Assembly (NCBI GenBank): GCA_963823665.1 | Contig: CAWGMQ010000004.1 | Location: 480,001-544,000 of the forward strand | Direction: 5' to 3' | Source: an uncultured Planctomycetota bacterium | GTDB taxonomy: Bacteria > Planctomycetota > Planctomycetia > Isosphaerales > Isosphaeraceae | Length of the DNA: 64,000 nucleotides | Shown here: piece after piece, positions 9,234 through 18,885 of the stretch | Layout: every line of letters begins with the position of its first letter | Numbering within the stretch: position 1 is the stretch's first letter | The notes under the pieces: generated by a model | The model's database searches: none | Told to the model about the DNA's origin: nothing | Seen by the model: only the letters and a program-made list of their open reading frames with translations | Made by a program: the position numbers and the translations under genes

Positions 9234-10679
9234 ATGGCCTATTTATTGATCCTTTTCCCTCTTGCGATGGCGGCGGCGACGTTCGCCCTGCCTTCCAGCC
9301 GGGGCCGGGCCTGGCTGCTTCCCGTGGGGGCGCTCGGGCACCTTGTCCTGGTTTACCCGGCTGTGTTCCAGACCGGAACAGGCCCGGTACTGTCCGGGCT
9401 GGGAGGCTGGCTGCTACTCGATCCCGTAGGGAAGCTCGTGCTCGGCTTCCTGAGCGTGCTCTTTTTTCTAAGCTCCCTGTATGCGCCCGGCTATCTGGCT
9501 CTCCGCTCTGACCGACCGAACCGCGTCTTTTGCGCCAACCTTTTCGTGGTGCAGTCGATGATGACGCTGGTGGCGCTCTCGCACCATCTCGGGTTGATGT
9601 GGGTGGCGATGGAAGCGATGACATTGGCCACGGCCCCGCTACTGTACTTCAACCACAACGCCCGCTCGCTGGAGGCGACCTGGAAATACCTCTTGATTGG
9701 CTCGGTGGGTATTGCTCTGGCGCTCTTGGGCTCGTTCTTCCTGGCGTATGCATCTCTCAAGTCCGGCCTGGAATCGACGTTGCTATTCGACCAGCTCGTC
9801 AAGGATGCTCCGCATCTTTCACCGCCCTGGCTGCACGCGGCGTTCGTGCTGCTCTTCATCGGCTACGGGACCAAGATGGGTCTGGCGCCCATGCACACGT
9901 GGAAACCGGACGCCTACGGAGAGGCCCCTGGAATCGTGGGCACGCTTCTCGCGGGGGGCGTCACTAGCTGCGCCTTCCTGGCGATCTTGCGAGTTTATCA
10001 AATCTGCCGCGCCGGGGCCGACGCCGAGTTCGCCCGCGAGCTGATGGTGTTCATGGGCCTGCTGTCAATGGCCATCGCCGCGGTCTTCATGGTTCGCCAG
10101 CGTGACTTCAAGCGTATGCTGGCATATTCAAGTGTAGAGCACATGGGCATTCTTGTGCTGGGCATCGGAATCGGTGGCCTGGCCGTGTACGGTGCATTGT
10201 TGCATCTCATCAATAACGGGCTCACGAAGGGAGTGCTGTTTCTATCGGCGGGCAACATCCACCGAGCTTATGGGAGCAAGTTGACGGACAACGTGCGGGG
10301 AGCCATCGTGCGCGTACCTCTGTCTGCGTCACTCTTCCTTGCAGGCTTCCTGGCCGTTACGGGCTCTCCCCCGTTCGCCCCATTCGTGAGTGAGTTTACC
10401 ATTGTGAACGCCGCAGTCGGCAGCGGGCAATATCTCGCCGGCGGGCTCTTCCTGCTCTTGCTCGGCATCGTCTTCATCGGCATGGGTGTAACCGTGCTGT
10501 CCGTGGTGCAGGGTAAGCCCCCGGAGCAGCAAGAACACGGCCGATTCCACGACAGTATCAGCACCGGTGGCCCGATCATCCTGTTCATGGCATTGGTGGT
10601 GCTCCTTGGCCTCTATGTCCCGCCTCCTTTGGATTCGCTTGTACGCGACGCTGCCGTATCCTTGGAGGTAAGACGATGA
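9234..10679 (+). CDS. hyfF: HyfF-like (NuoM/N-family) membrane subunit
   Basis: MWVAMEA, SLEATWKY, GYGTKMGLAPMHTWKPDAYGEAP, KRMLAYSSVEHMG and GSPPFAPFVSE. Confidence 0.92.
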   Translation: MAYLLILFPLAMAAATFALPSSRGRAWLLPVGALGHLVLVYPAVFQTGTGPVLSGLGGWLLLDPVGKLVLGFLSVLFFLSSLYAPGYLALRSDRPNRVFCANLFVVQSMMTLVALSHHLGLMWVAMEAMTLATAPLLYFNHNARSLEATWKYLLIGSVGIALALLGSFFLAYASLKSGLESTLLFDQLVKDAPHLSPPWLHAAFVLLFIGYGTKMGLAPMHTWKPDAYGEAPGIVGTLLAGGVTSCAFLAILRVYQICRAGADAEFARELMVFMGLLSMAIAAVFMVRQRDFKRMLAYSSVEHMGILVLGIGIGGLAVYGALLHLINNGLTKGVLFLSAGNIHRAYGSKLTDNVRGAIVRVPLSASLFLAGFLAVTGSPPFAPFVSEFTIVNAAVGSGQYLAGGLFLLLLGIVFIGMGVTVLSVVQGKPPEQQEHGRFHDSISTGGPIILFMALVVLLGLYVPPPLDSLVRDAAVSLEVRR

Positions 10680-12208
10680 ACGGCATTGATAGGTTAGCAA
10701 CCCTGCGAACCGGCCATGCCATCCCGCGGCCAGAAGTTCCGGTGCTGCCTTTTGCAGACTTTCGGAGCATCGTGGTCGAAGCGGTCAAGCGCGGGCAGCG
10801 TATCGTCGCGTTGTTTGGAAACATCGCCGATTCTTCGCCCGACGTGGAAATCTACGTCGTCCTTGCCGACAATGCCCGCGCGCAGCTACGCGCTGGCAAG
10901 GCGAGAATGACCTCGGACCGGTTTCCCTCGCTCACTCCCGAGTGCCCGCAGGCGCACCTTTTCGAGCGGGAGCTGGCCGAGCAATACGGGCTCCGTCCCG
11001 AGGGCCATCCCTGGTTCAAGCCGGTTCGCTTTCATAGCTCGTACCGCCCCGGCCACGACGCGTGGGGCAGGCAACCGGGCGAGCACCCTTCAGTCGGCGT
11101 CACTGACTTCTTCCGGGTTGAAGGCGAAGAGATCCACGAGGTCGCGGTTGGCCCGGTTCATGCCGGCGTCATCGAGCCTGGACATTTCCGCTTCCAGTGC
11201 CATGGCGAGCAAGTCTTTCACCTCGAGATCTCGCTTGGCTACCAGCATCGCGGTATCGAGCCCGCGCTGGTGGGCCGGCCGGACAAACGTACTGTTCATG
11301 TCATGGAACATGTGGCGGGCGACACCTCGATAGGCCATTGCCTGGCATACTGCCAGACCGTGGAAGCGCTAGCCGAGTGCCCGCCCTCGATTCGAGCGCA
11401 GACGATTCGCGGTATAGCGCTCGAACTGGAACGGCTGGCTAACCACACAGGGGACCTTGGAGCCTTGGCCGGTGACGTCGGATTCCTGCCGACAGCTTCA
11501 TTCTGCGGGCGGATCCGTGGCGATTTCCTCAACCTGACTGCTCTGCTGTGCGGCAGCCGGTTCGGCCGCGGGATGGTTCTGCCCGGTGGTGTCGGGCACG
11601 ATCTGGAGGAGGCCCGCACCGAGCAGTGCCTCACTCGCCTGGAAGCGGCGCTGGGCGATGTTACCGGCGCAGCAAATCTGCTCTGGAATTCCTTGTCCGT
11701 CCAAGCCCGATTCGAGGGCACGGGCACGATCTCCGAGGAGACTGCCGTCGCACTGGGTGTGGTCGGCCCCGCGGCACGGGCCTGCGGCTTGGAGAACGAC
11801 GTACGCCAGGATTTCCCCGAGGGCATTTATCGATTTGCTCACGTACCGATTTCTTCCTGGACCACGGGCGACGTGTTCGCCCGAGCTTATGTGCGATGGA
11901 TGGAGATCCAGCGTTCGGTGGCCTTTATCAAAGACCAGCTTCTGGCGTTGCCCGAAGGGCCGTTGCGATCCACCGTCGGCCCGCTGAAACCCGACCATTT
12001 CGCCATCTCGCTCGTCGAGGGCTGGCGCGGAGAGATCGGCCATGTGGCGCTCACCGACGCCCAGGGCCAGTTCGCACGATACAAGATCGTCGATCCGTCT
12101 TTCCACAATTGGACCGGACTGGCGATGGCACTCCGGGACCAGCAGATTTCCGATTTTCCGCTTTGCAACAAGAGCTTCAATCTGTCGTATTGTGGCCACG
12201 ACCTGTGA
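10676..12208 (+). CDS. hyfG: HyfG/HycE-like (NuoC+NuoD) large subunit lacking NiFe-binding motifs (Ehr large subunit)
   Basis: GPVHAGVIEPGHFRF, LGYQHRGIE, ELERLANH and VEGWRGE. The L1 site reads EHVAGDTSIGH (no RxCxxC). The C-terminus DFPLCNKSFNLSYCGHDL has no DPCxxC. Confidence 0.9.
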   Translation: MNGIDRLATLRTGHAIPRPEVPVLPFADFRSIVVEAVKRGQRIVALFGNIADSSPDVEIYVVLADNARAQLRAGKARMTSDRFPSLTPECPQAHLFERELAEQYGLRPEGHPWFKPVRFHSSYRPGHDAWGRQPGEHPSVGVTDFFRVEGEEIHEVAVGPVHAGVIEPGHFRFQCHGEQVFHLEISLGYQHRGIEPALVGRPDKRTVHVMEHVAGDTSIGHCLAYCQTVEALAECPPSIRAQTIRGIALELERLANHTGDLGALAGDVGFLPTASFCGRIRGDFLNLTALLCGSRFGRGMVLPGGVGHDLEEARTEQCLTRLEAALGDVTGAANLLWNSLSVQARFEGTGTISEETAVALGVVGPAARACGLENDVRQDFPEGIYRFAHVPISSWTTGDVFARAYVRWMEIQRSVAFIKDQLLALPEGPLRSTVGPLKPDHFAISLVEGWRGEIGHVALTDAQGQFARYKIVDPSFHNWTGLAMALRDQQISDFPLCNKSFNLSYCGHDL

Positions 12209-12227
12209 ATTCGCTTGAGGACGGTCC

Positions 12228-13043
12228 ATGTTTTCCATTATTCGGGAACGACTGCGGCAAGGCATGCGGACGATCGCTTTTCCCAAGAGCGTTCCCGCGC
12301 TTCCCGACCGCTTCCTTGGCTTGCCTGTTCTCGATGACTCGAAGTGCCCCGACGGCTGCCGCGCCTGCATCGAGGCGTGCCCCACCGACGCAATCGCGCA
12401 CGACGCCGCGGGCCTGGCCCTCGATATGGGGCGGTGCCTTTTTTGCAACGACTGCGTGAGAGCCTGCCCGCACGACGGTGCGATCCACTTCAGCCAGGAC
12501 CACCGGCTCGCGAGCCGGAGGCGCGATGACTTGATTGTGCGCAGCCGAGAAGAGCGAAGGCTGGTTGAACCTCTGGATGAGAAAATGCGCCAGCTCTTCG
12601 GTCGCTCGTTGAAACTCAGGCAGGTCAGCGCGGGCGGTGACAATGCCTCGGAGGCCGACTTGAGCGTGCTCGGAACCGTGGTCTTCGACATGGGCCGATT
12701 CGGCATCCAATTTGTGGCATCGCCGCGCCACGCCGACGGCATCGTCGTCACGGGGCCGGTCACCGAGAACATGAAGCAAGCGCTTCTTCAGACCTACGAG
12801 GCGGTGCCGGCCCCCAAGCTCGTGATCGCCGTCGGTGCAAATGCCATCTCCGGTGGAATATTTCGAGGCCACCCGGAGGTCAACGACGGAATCGACGGAA
12901 TCCTTCCCGTCGATCTCTATATCCCAGGCGACCCTCCCCATCCGCTGACGATCCTCGATGGCCTGCTGCGGCTCCTCGGCCGGCTCGAGGATCGGCTGCC
13001 GCTGGGGCGACGGTCGACAGTAAGGGACGCGTCGAGGCGATGA
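12228..13043 (+). CDS. hyfI: 2x[4Fe-4S] ferredoxin domain fused to a NuoB/HyfI-like domain (Ehr small subunit), NuoB-type Cys ligands replaced
   Basis: CPDGCRACIEACP and CLFCNDCVRACP are intact. NuoB-type ASPRHADGIVVTGPVT is present. The ligand motifs read GGDNASE, VGANAISGG and IPGDPPHP. Confidence 0.9.
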   Translation: MFSIIRERLRQGMRTIAFPKSVPALPDRFLGLPVLDDSKCPDGCRACIEACPTDAIAHDAAGLALDMGRCLFCNDCVRACPHDGAIHFSQDHRLASRRRDDLIVRSREERRLVEPLDEKMRQLFGRSLKLRQVSAGGDNASEADLSVLGTVVFDMGRFGIQFVASPRHADGIVVTGPVTENMKQALLQTYEAVPAPKLVIAVGANAISGGIFRGHPEVNDGIDGILPVDLYIPGDPPHPLTILDGLLRLLGRLEDRLPLGRRSTVRDASRR

Positions 13044-13090
13044 GGGCTCGCTTCCGTCAGGGCACACATCTCGACGCTGGGGAGTCGCGA

Positions 13091-13375
13091 TCAATCATCC
13101 GGATGGTCGTGTGATTCTTGAGCCTGATCCTTGGCCCGAGTGACGCTTGGCGGTTCTGGTGGCGGCTTCGCGGCCGGGAATCCGTGGGCCTGGCAGAACA
13201 ACTCCGCGTTCAGCTCCAGGAATGCCGTATAGGCTTGGTCGATCGAGCGGTAGATCGCGCCGTTGCGGTCGAACCCAAGTTGGTCCATTCGACGACGACA
13301 GCGGTAGAGGAAGTCCATCATGGGCCGGATGCGGTCGCGGGTCGCCTGTGCTTGTCTTCGGCTGAGTATCCTCAT
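13091..13375 (-). CDS. Hypothetical protein (94 aa)
   Basis: ATG-started ORF convergent with the ehr operon; plausible helical composition; no family recognised. Confidence 0.5.
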   Translation of the reverse strand: MRILSRRQAQATRDRIRPMMDFLYRCRRRMDQLGFDRNGAIYRSIDQAYTAFLELNAELFCQAHGFPAAKPPPEPPSVTRAKDQAQESHDHPDD

Positions 13376-13785
13376 CCCGATAGTGTATAGATGAACACTA
13401 TTTGCTCGTCAACCACGATGGTAGATGAAAAAAGGGCCGGACGCGTATCACCACGTCTGGCCCTGGTTTGTTTCTCTGTTGACGTAACCGCTCGGTTGAA
13501 GGCGTGTTCACCACCAGCGCATCCGTAGCCACTGGAGTGAAGACCCACCGCCCGGTACACTACCGGACGTCCTCGCGTGCTCGAGTGCTCCGACGCCGGA
13601 CACGACGCGACGATTCTTGCCGACGACGCGGCGATCCAGCCAAGCGTCGAGCAGTCAAGACCCGAAGCGCCGGCGATTTTTTGAAATGCTTTCGGTTTTC
13701 TCGGCAAGTCCGTCAGGCCCAAGACGTCTTTGTGTTTGAGGCGGGCCCCGATGGCCGGGGCGACCCGAAGCGGGAGATCTCCTTT

Positions 13786-16700
13786 ATGGACGGCCAAGCC
13801 TCCCCTCATCCGACGCCCGAGACCTTACGCGCGTACGCACTGCGTGAGCTCGACGGCACTTCGGCCGAAGTCGTGCGCGACCACCTTGAACGCTGCTCCG
13901 ATTGCCGGCGTCAGGTTTCCGAGATAGAGCCTGACAGTTTCGCCGACCGGCTCCGTCAGGCCGCGGAAGGATCGGAAATACCGGCTATTGATCGGCCACT
14001 TGCCGCTACCCCGCAGACCGAATCGCCAGTCGCTGATGGCGTCACCGTCGACTCGTCCGATCGTCCTTGCATGTCTGAAACCGGCCCAGTCGGTGCGACG
14101 TCCGCCCCTCAGAACAGTCCGACCGTGTCTTCCCTCCCAGCAGGGACGCTCGTCGGCTACTTCGGCGACTACGAACTGCAGAGTGTGCTAGGCGAAGGGG
14201 GCATGGGAATCGTCTACAGAGCCCGACAGCTCAGCCTGAACCGGCCGGTGGCTCTGAAGATGATCAAGGCCGCCCGGTTCGCCGGTGCAGAGGAGGTGCG
14301 CCGGTTTCAAAACGAATCCGAGGCGGTAGCGCAGCTCGATCATCCGAACATTGTGCCGATCTTCGAGGTCGGTCGGCTCGAGGACCAGCATTACTTCAGC
14401 ATGAAGCTCATTTCGGGCGAGAGCCTCGACAAGCGGCCGAGGGACTACTTGGCAAATCCTCGGCAGGCTGCGGAGTTGGTGGCAATCACGGCGGGTGCGG
14501 TCCACCACGCTCATCAGCGGGGCATCCTCCATCGAGATCTGAAGCCGGCAAACATCCTGATCGATCCAGATGGGCGGCCTCATGTCACCGACTTCGGACT
14601 CGCCAAACGGGTCGAAGGGGACAGCGAACTGACCGGCTCGGGCGCGATCTTGGGCACGCCCGCCTACATGGCTCCCGAGCAGGCCTCTGGCAAGCGCGGG
14701 GCGGTGACCACAGCGACGGATGTCTACGGCCTGGGAGCGGTCCTTTATGTGCTTCTCACGGGGAAAGCGCCGTTCAGCGGCGACTCGGTGATCGACACGC
14801 TCGAGCAAGTGCGCGAGAGACCTCCGGAGGCGCCCAGTAAGCGAAACGCGAGGGTTCCGCGCAACCTAGAGGTGATTTGCCTAAAGTGCCTCGAAAAGGA
14901 CCCACGTCGGCGTTACGGCAGCGCCGACGCGCTTGCCGAGGATTTGCGTCGCTGGAGGGCTGGCGAGCCCATCGCGGCGCGGCCTGTGAGTAACGCGGCA
15001 CGGTTGTGGATGTGGAGCCGGCGAAATCCTGTCGTGGCCGGCGCGATCGGTTTGGCGGCGGCGGCGGTCGTCGCGATCATCGCCGCCATGGTCGTCGAGG
15101 GTGCCCGACGTGAGGAGGAGATCGCGCGTGTGGCAGCGGAGGCCGATTTCGACTTGGCCCAGCAGGCCGTCGTGGAGTATCTGACCAACGTCAGCGAAAA
15201 CACTCTGCTCAGGGAGCAAGATTCGGTCGACATCCGAAGCCTGCGCGACAATTTGCTCAAGAGCGCACTCACGTTTTATGAGCGATTCGCCGCAAAGCGA
15301 AAGGACGACCCGCGTCTCCGAGAGCAACTGGCCGCCGCCTACTTCCGGGTCGGTCAGATCACGCGTGAAATCGGCTCACCGACGCAAGCGATGGGCGCCT
15401 TCCGCTCGGCTCTGGCCATCTGGCGGCCGCTCGTGGATGCAAATCCGAAAGAGCTCGAGCTTGCGGGCAGCCTCGCCGAGTGCTACCTGGCCATGGGCAA
15501 GCTGGAATTGACCGGAGAGGACTTCAATTTGGCGCTTGAGTTGCTTGGCCACGCGCGCACAACTCTGGAAAGGCTCGTGACAGAGAACGCCGACGAGCCG
15601 CGTTACGAATCGAGCCTCGCCGACTGCTATTCGCATATCGGGATCGCGCAGTCCAAGCTGGGAAAGGTAAAGGAGAGCCTGGCGATCCATGCCGAAGCGA
15701 GAGCGATCCAGGAAGACTTGATCGACCGATACCCGGAAAACCTCGCGTACAAGACCGGCCTGACCGAAAACCTTTCTGCGACTGGTTTTGCGTACTACAA
15801 GCGGCCCGACATCGAGGCCGCACTGAAGACGTTTCACGAAGTCCGGGATATCTGCCGGCGGCTGATGAAAGAGGCGGCGTTTGGGCCCAAGCCTTCCTGG
15901 TTGCTCGACATGCTGGCGTTTACCCTGTCGAACATCGGCAATATCCATAAGCAGAGAGGCGAGATCGAGATCGCTTTGCCGTTTTTCGAAGAGTCGGTCA
16001 AGTACCGGGCGGACCTGGCTGACCAGCATCCGTCTGTCACCAAATATCGTGCGAAACTCGCCGTGAGTTACAAAGAGATCGCCGACCTCGAGCATGGGGC
16101 CCATCAGGACGACAAGGCAATCGCATCGATCAAGAAGGCAATCGAGGTCTATACCGACCTCGTCCGTTCGCAACCCGAAACGGTGAGTTTTCAAGACGAC
16201 CTGGCGTGGTGCTGGGACGAACTTGGCGTGCGTCTCGACGAAGCTCGGAACAACGCCGAGGCGATGCAGGCGTTCGACCGGGCCGTGGCGATGGAGCGAG
16301 CGGCGATTAAGAAGACAAAGTCTGCTGACGCCTACAATCTGAGATTGTGCTACTACCTTGACAACTTGGGAGAGCAGTCCGTCGACCTGGGGCGCCCTGC
16401 TGAGGGGCTGCGCCATTATGAGGAAGCGATTCGGATACGCCGCGAACTGAGCCGGACGAACCGTGGAAACCGGCAGTATCTCATTGAACTCGTCCAGGCG
16501 CTCGTTGCGCTGGGCAACATCGAGCGCCACATGGGCGACGCGGAGGCGGCGCTGCGGTTCTTCGCAGATGCACGGAAGGCCCTGGAAGCGGCATTGACGG
16601 CGACGCCGGGAGATCCCGCGCTTGAGTTTCAGCTTGCCGTCGCGTTCGCCCACGAGGCCGACTCGCTAGCTGACCGGGCCCAGGCCGAACAGGCCAAGAC

Positions 16701-17160
16701 TTTGCTCCAAGACGCGGCCTCCCGGTTTCGCAAATTGGCGAGCCGCGCGGCGCCCGCCGATGAGCCTTTACTCGAACGGGAGAAGCGTAGTGAGACGCTT
16801 TGGAACCTAGGTCGAGTGTTGCGGGATCTCAAGTTACCGGCGGAGGCAGACCGCGTTGATGGTGAACGTGTCGACTTGTGGAAAGCCCAGCCGATCGAGG
16901 AGCTGGTGGATCTGGCCCTCAAACACCTGACCCGCGCAACGCTGGTTGGGTACGGGAAGACGCCCCTGTCGGCGCAGGCTAGAGCTGTTCGCCAGCTCGA
17001 CCTCGATCAAGCCGCCGGCGAAGTGAAAATGGCCGTCGAGCGCGGGCTCCAGGACCTTGACAAATTAGAGGCCGTTCCGGAATGGCGACTCCTTTTCTCG
17101 CGAGAGGACGTGCAATCCGCGATCAAGCACCTCCAATCCCCAGGGCCGTTGACAAATTGA
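13786..17160 (+). CDS. Ser/Thr protein kinase with N-terminal zf-HC2 (anti-sigma-like) motif, TM helix and TPR region; C-terminus altered by IS insertion
   Basis: HLERCSDC, LGEGGMGIVY, VALK, HRDLKPAN, DFG and APE motifs; TM VVAGAIGLAAAAVVAIIAAMVV; TPR-like helices. ATG at 13786 follows GGGAG. Confidence 0.92.
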   Translation: MDGQASPHPTPETLRAYALRELDGTSAEVVRDHLERCSDCRRQVSEIEPDSFADRLRQAAEGSEIPAIDRPLAATPQTESPVADGVTVDSSDRPCMSETGPVGATSAPQNSPTVSSLPAGTLVGYFGDYELQSVLGEGGMGIVYRARQLSLNRPVALKMIKAARFAGAEEVRRFQNESEAVAQLDHPNIVPIFEVGRLEDQHYFSMKLISGESLDKRPRDYLANPRQAAELVAITAGAVHHAHQRGILHRDLKPANILIDPDGRPHVTDFGLAKRVEGDSELTGSGAILGTPAYMAPEQASGKRGAVTTATDVYGLGAVLYVLLTGKAPFSGDSVIDTLEQVRERPPEAPSKRNARVPRNLEVICLKCLEKDPRRRYGSADALAEDLRRWRAGEPIAARPVSNAARLWMWSRRNPVVAGAIGLAAAAVVAIIAAMVVEGARREEEIARVAAEADFDLAQQAVVEYLTNVSENTLLREQDSVDIRSLRDNLLKSALTFYERFAAKRKDDPRLREQLAAAYFRVGQITREIGSPTQAMGAFRSALAIWRPLVDANPKELELAGSLAECYLAMGKLELTGEDFNLALELLGHARTTLERLVTENADEPRYESSLADCYSHIGIAQSKLGKVKESLAIHAEARAIQEDLIDRYPENLAYKTGLTENLSATGFAYYKRPDIEAALKTFHEVRDICRRLMKEAAFGPKPSWLLDMLAFTLSNIGNIHKQRGEIEIALPFFEESVKYRADLADQHPSVTKYRAKLAVSYKEIADLEHGAHQDDKAIASIKKAIEVYTDLVRSQPETVSFQDDLAWCWDELGVRLDEARNNAEAMQAFDRAVAMERAAIKKTKSADAYNLRLCYYLDNLGEQSVDLGRPAEGLRHYEEAIRIRRELSRTNRGNRQYLIELVQALVALGNIERHMGDAEAALRFFADARKALEAALTATPGDPALEFQLAVAFAHEADSLADRAQAEQAKTLLQDAASRFRKLASRAAPADEPLLEREKRSETLWNLGRVLRDLKLPAEADRVDGERVDLWKAQPIEELVDLALKHLTRATLVGYGKTPLSAQARAVRQLDLDQAAGEVKMAVERGLQDLDKLEAVPEWRLLFSREDVQSAIKHLQSPGPLTN

Positions 17161-18422
17161 GCCTGAGTCCGGATAGGAAAGCTTTTGGCGGTACGGAAGC
17201 CGTCCACTACAAGGATTTTCAGCATGGAGGCAACGCATGGAAGCCCACCCCGCCGGGAGTCTCCTTTCCTTTCTTGCCGCGGTTCCCGATCCTCGCAGCC
17301 GGCATGGCCGACAACATGCGCTTTCTGCAATCCTGGCGTTGGTGTGTTGTGCCATCATGTGTGGTGCGAAGGGCTACACCGCCATTGCACAATGGGCTCG
17401 GGACCAAGACATCGGGCTGATGCATCGACTTGGCTTCACGCGCAAACCTCCGAAAATGTGCGGCATTCGCAAAGTTCTAATCGCGTTGAACCCGAAGGCC
17501 TTCGAGGACGCGCTCTATCGGTGGGCCGAATCGTTGTTGGGCCGGCCAGTCTCGAGCGAGATTTTGTCACTGGAAGCCTTCGCGATCGACGGCAAGACGG
17601 CTCGTGGCAGCTTCGACGGCCTCGAAAAGCCGATCCACCTGCTCTCTCTGCTGGCTCACGAATCAGGGATAACGTTGGCTCAGACGCAGGTTTCCAACGG
17701 CGGTGAAAACAAGACCAACGAGCACAAGACGGCTCTTCAATTGCTCCGAAGCATCGTTCTCGAAGGGCGATTGGTAACCGGCGACGCCATGTTCTGTCAG
17801 CGTGACCTTTCCCAGCAGATCATCGATGCACACGGCCATTACCTTTGGTTTGTGAAGGACAATCAACCAACGCTCGTCAACGATATTAAGGTCGCATTCG
17901 CCGCTTCTGCTGAGGCGGCTTTTTCCCCCTAAACAGCGACGAATTTGGGAACAGGCGCAGGATACAGCCACGACCATGGACAAGGGCCATGGTCGTCGCG
18001 AACGCCGGACCTTGAAGGTGACGACCGCGTTGAGCGAGTATCTGGATTGGCCCGGTGTTGCCCAAGTCGGGCAGGTTGAGAGTGTGGTTGAGCAGGACGG
18101 GAAGATCTCACATGAGAGTCGTTACTTCATTACCAGCGTTCCGCGCCAACTGGGCGGCGCGAGTCGATTGCTCGTTTGGGGACGAGGGCACTGGTCAATC
18201 GAGAATCGGTCGCATTATGTGCGTGACGTCACGCTCGGAGAGGACGCGAGCCGAATCCGCAAGGGTTCTGGTCCGGAAATCATGGCTGCTCTGCGCAATG
18301 CTGCCGTTGGCTTCCTGAGGCTTACTGGCGCAACGAATATCGCCGAGACCGTCCGTCGCAACGCTTCCCAGGTCCGAGCACTCTTCACCAAACTCGGTAT
18401 CTTGAATCAGTGAACTGCCCTG
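17141..18422 (+). mobile_element. ISAs1-family insertion sequence (1282 bp) with 10-bp target-site duplication
   Basis: Imperfect terminal IRs CAGGGCCGTTGACAAATT and CAGGGCAGTTCACTGATT. Direct repeat CTCCAATCCC at 17131-17140 and 18423-18432. Confidence 0.93.
17237..18413 (+). CDS. ISAs1-family transposase, split in two frames (17237-17932, then +1 frame to 18413)
   Basis: VPDPRSRHGRQH, AIDGKTARGS, VTGDAMFCQR and VKDNQPTL in ORF1. DKGHGRRERR, RGHWSIENRSHYVRDVTLGED and MAALRN in ORF2. Junction is TTT TCC CCC TAA. Confidence 0.88.
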
Positions 18423-18885
18423 CTCCAATCCCCGACTCGGCCACCGAGCGCGCCGAAGCCGCCGAGGGTAAAGAGAATTGACAGGTAATGACGGCATTCA
18501 GACTACTCCGCTTCTCGTGCAGTACGACGGTCGGTTGGAAGTCCGCTGCTATGAAGCTGCGCCCGTTCTTGGCTGACAATGCGAAGGCGCAACCTGCGAC
18601 GAGATCGGAAGGAATTAACTTCGCGTTCGCTCGCTGAGAACATGCGACAGTCAGTCGCGTAGGTGCCTTTTTCTTTGGGCGCACACGAAACCGCCACAGA
18701 CGTTGCTGATCAACGGTTCCACGTCGTCGCTCGCAACTACATCCTGGTCTTCTGCAATTCTTCTGCACACATTGCCCGTGTCACCCCAATGCGACTACAA
18801 TGCGCGCGAATGCCGAGGGCCATTGTGGACCTCGACAAAATCCCTGAAATCAACGTCAATCCAACATCAGCCCAACGTCAGACGG

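Noticed and set aside
10676..12208. Calling the operon a functional [NiFe] hydrogenase-4 / formate hydrogenlyase
   Set aside because: Both CxxC Ni-binding motifs are absent, and there are no hyp or fdh genes in the window.
11498..12772. 424-aa antisense ORF and many similar shadow ORFs in the track
   Set aside because: They overlap well-supported genes, have no recognisable motifs, and are expected in high-GC DNA.
13504..13785. N-terminal extension of the kinase given by the ORF track
   Set aside because: Arg-rich, non-protein-like sequence; the ATG at 13786 has an RBS and directly precedes the zf-HC2 motif.
18490..18840. Coding remnant between the IS and tRNA fragment 1
   Set aside because: The frames I tried gave short ORFs with no recognisable motif.
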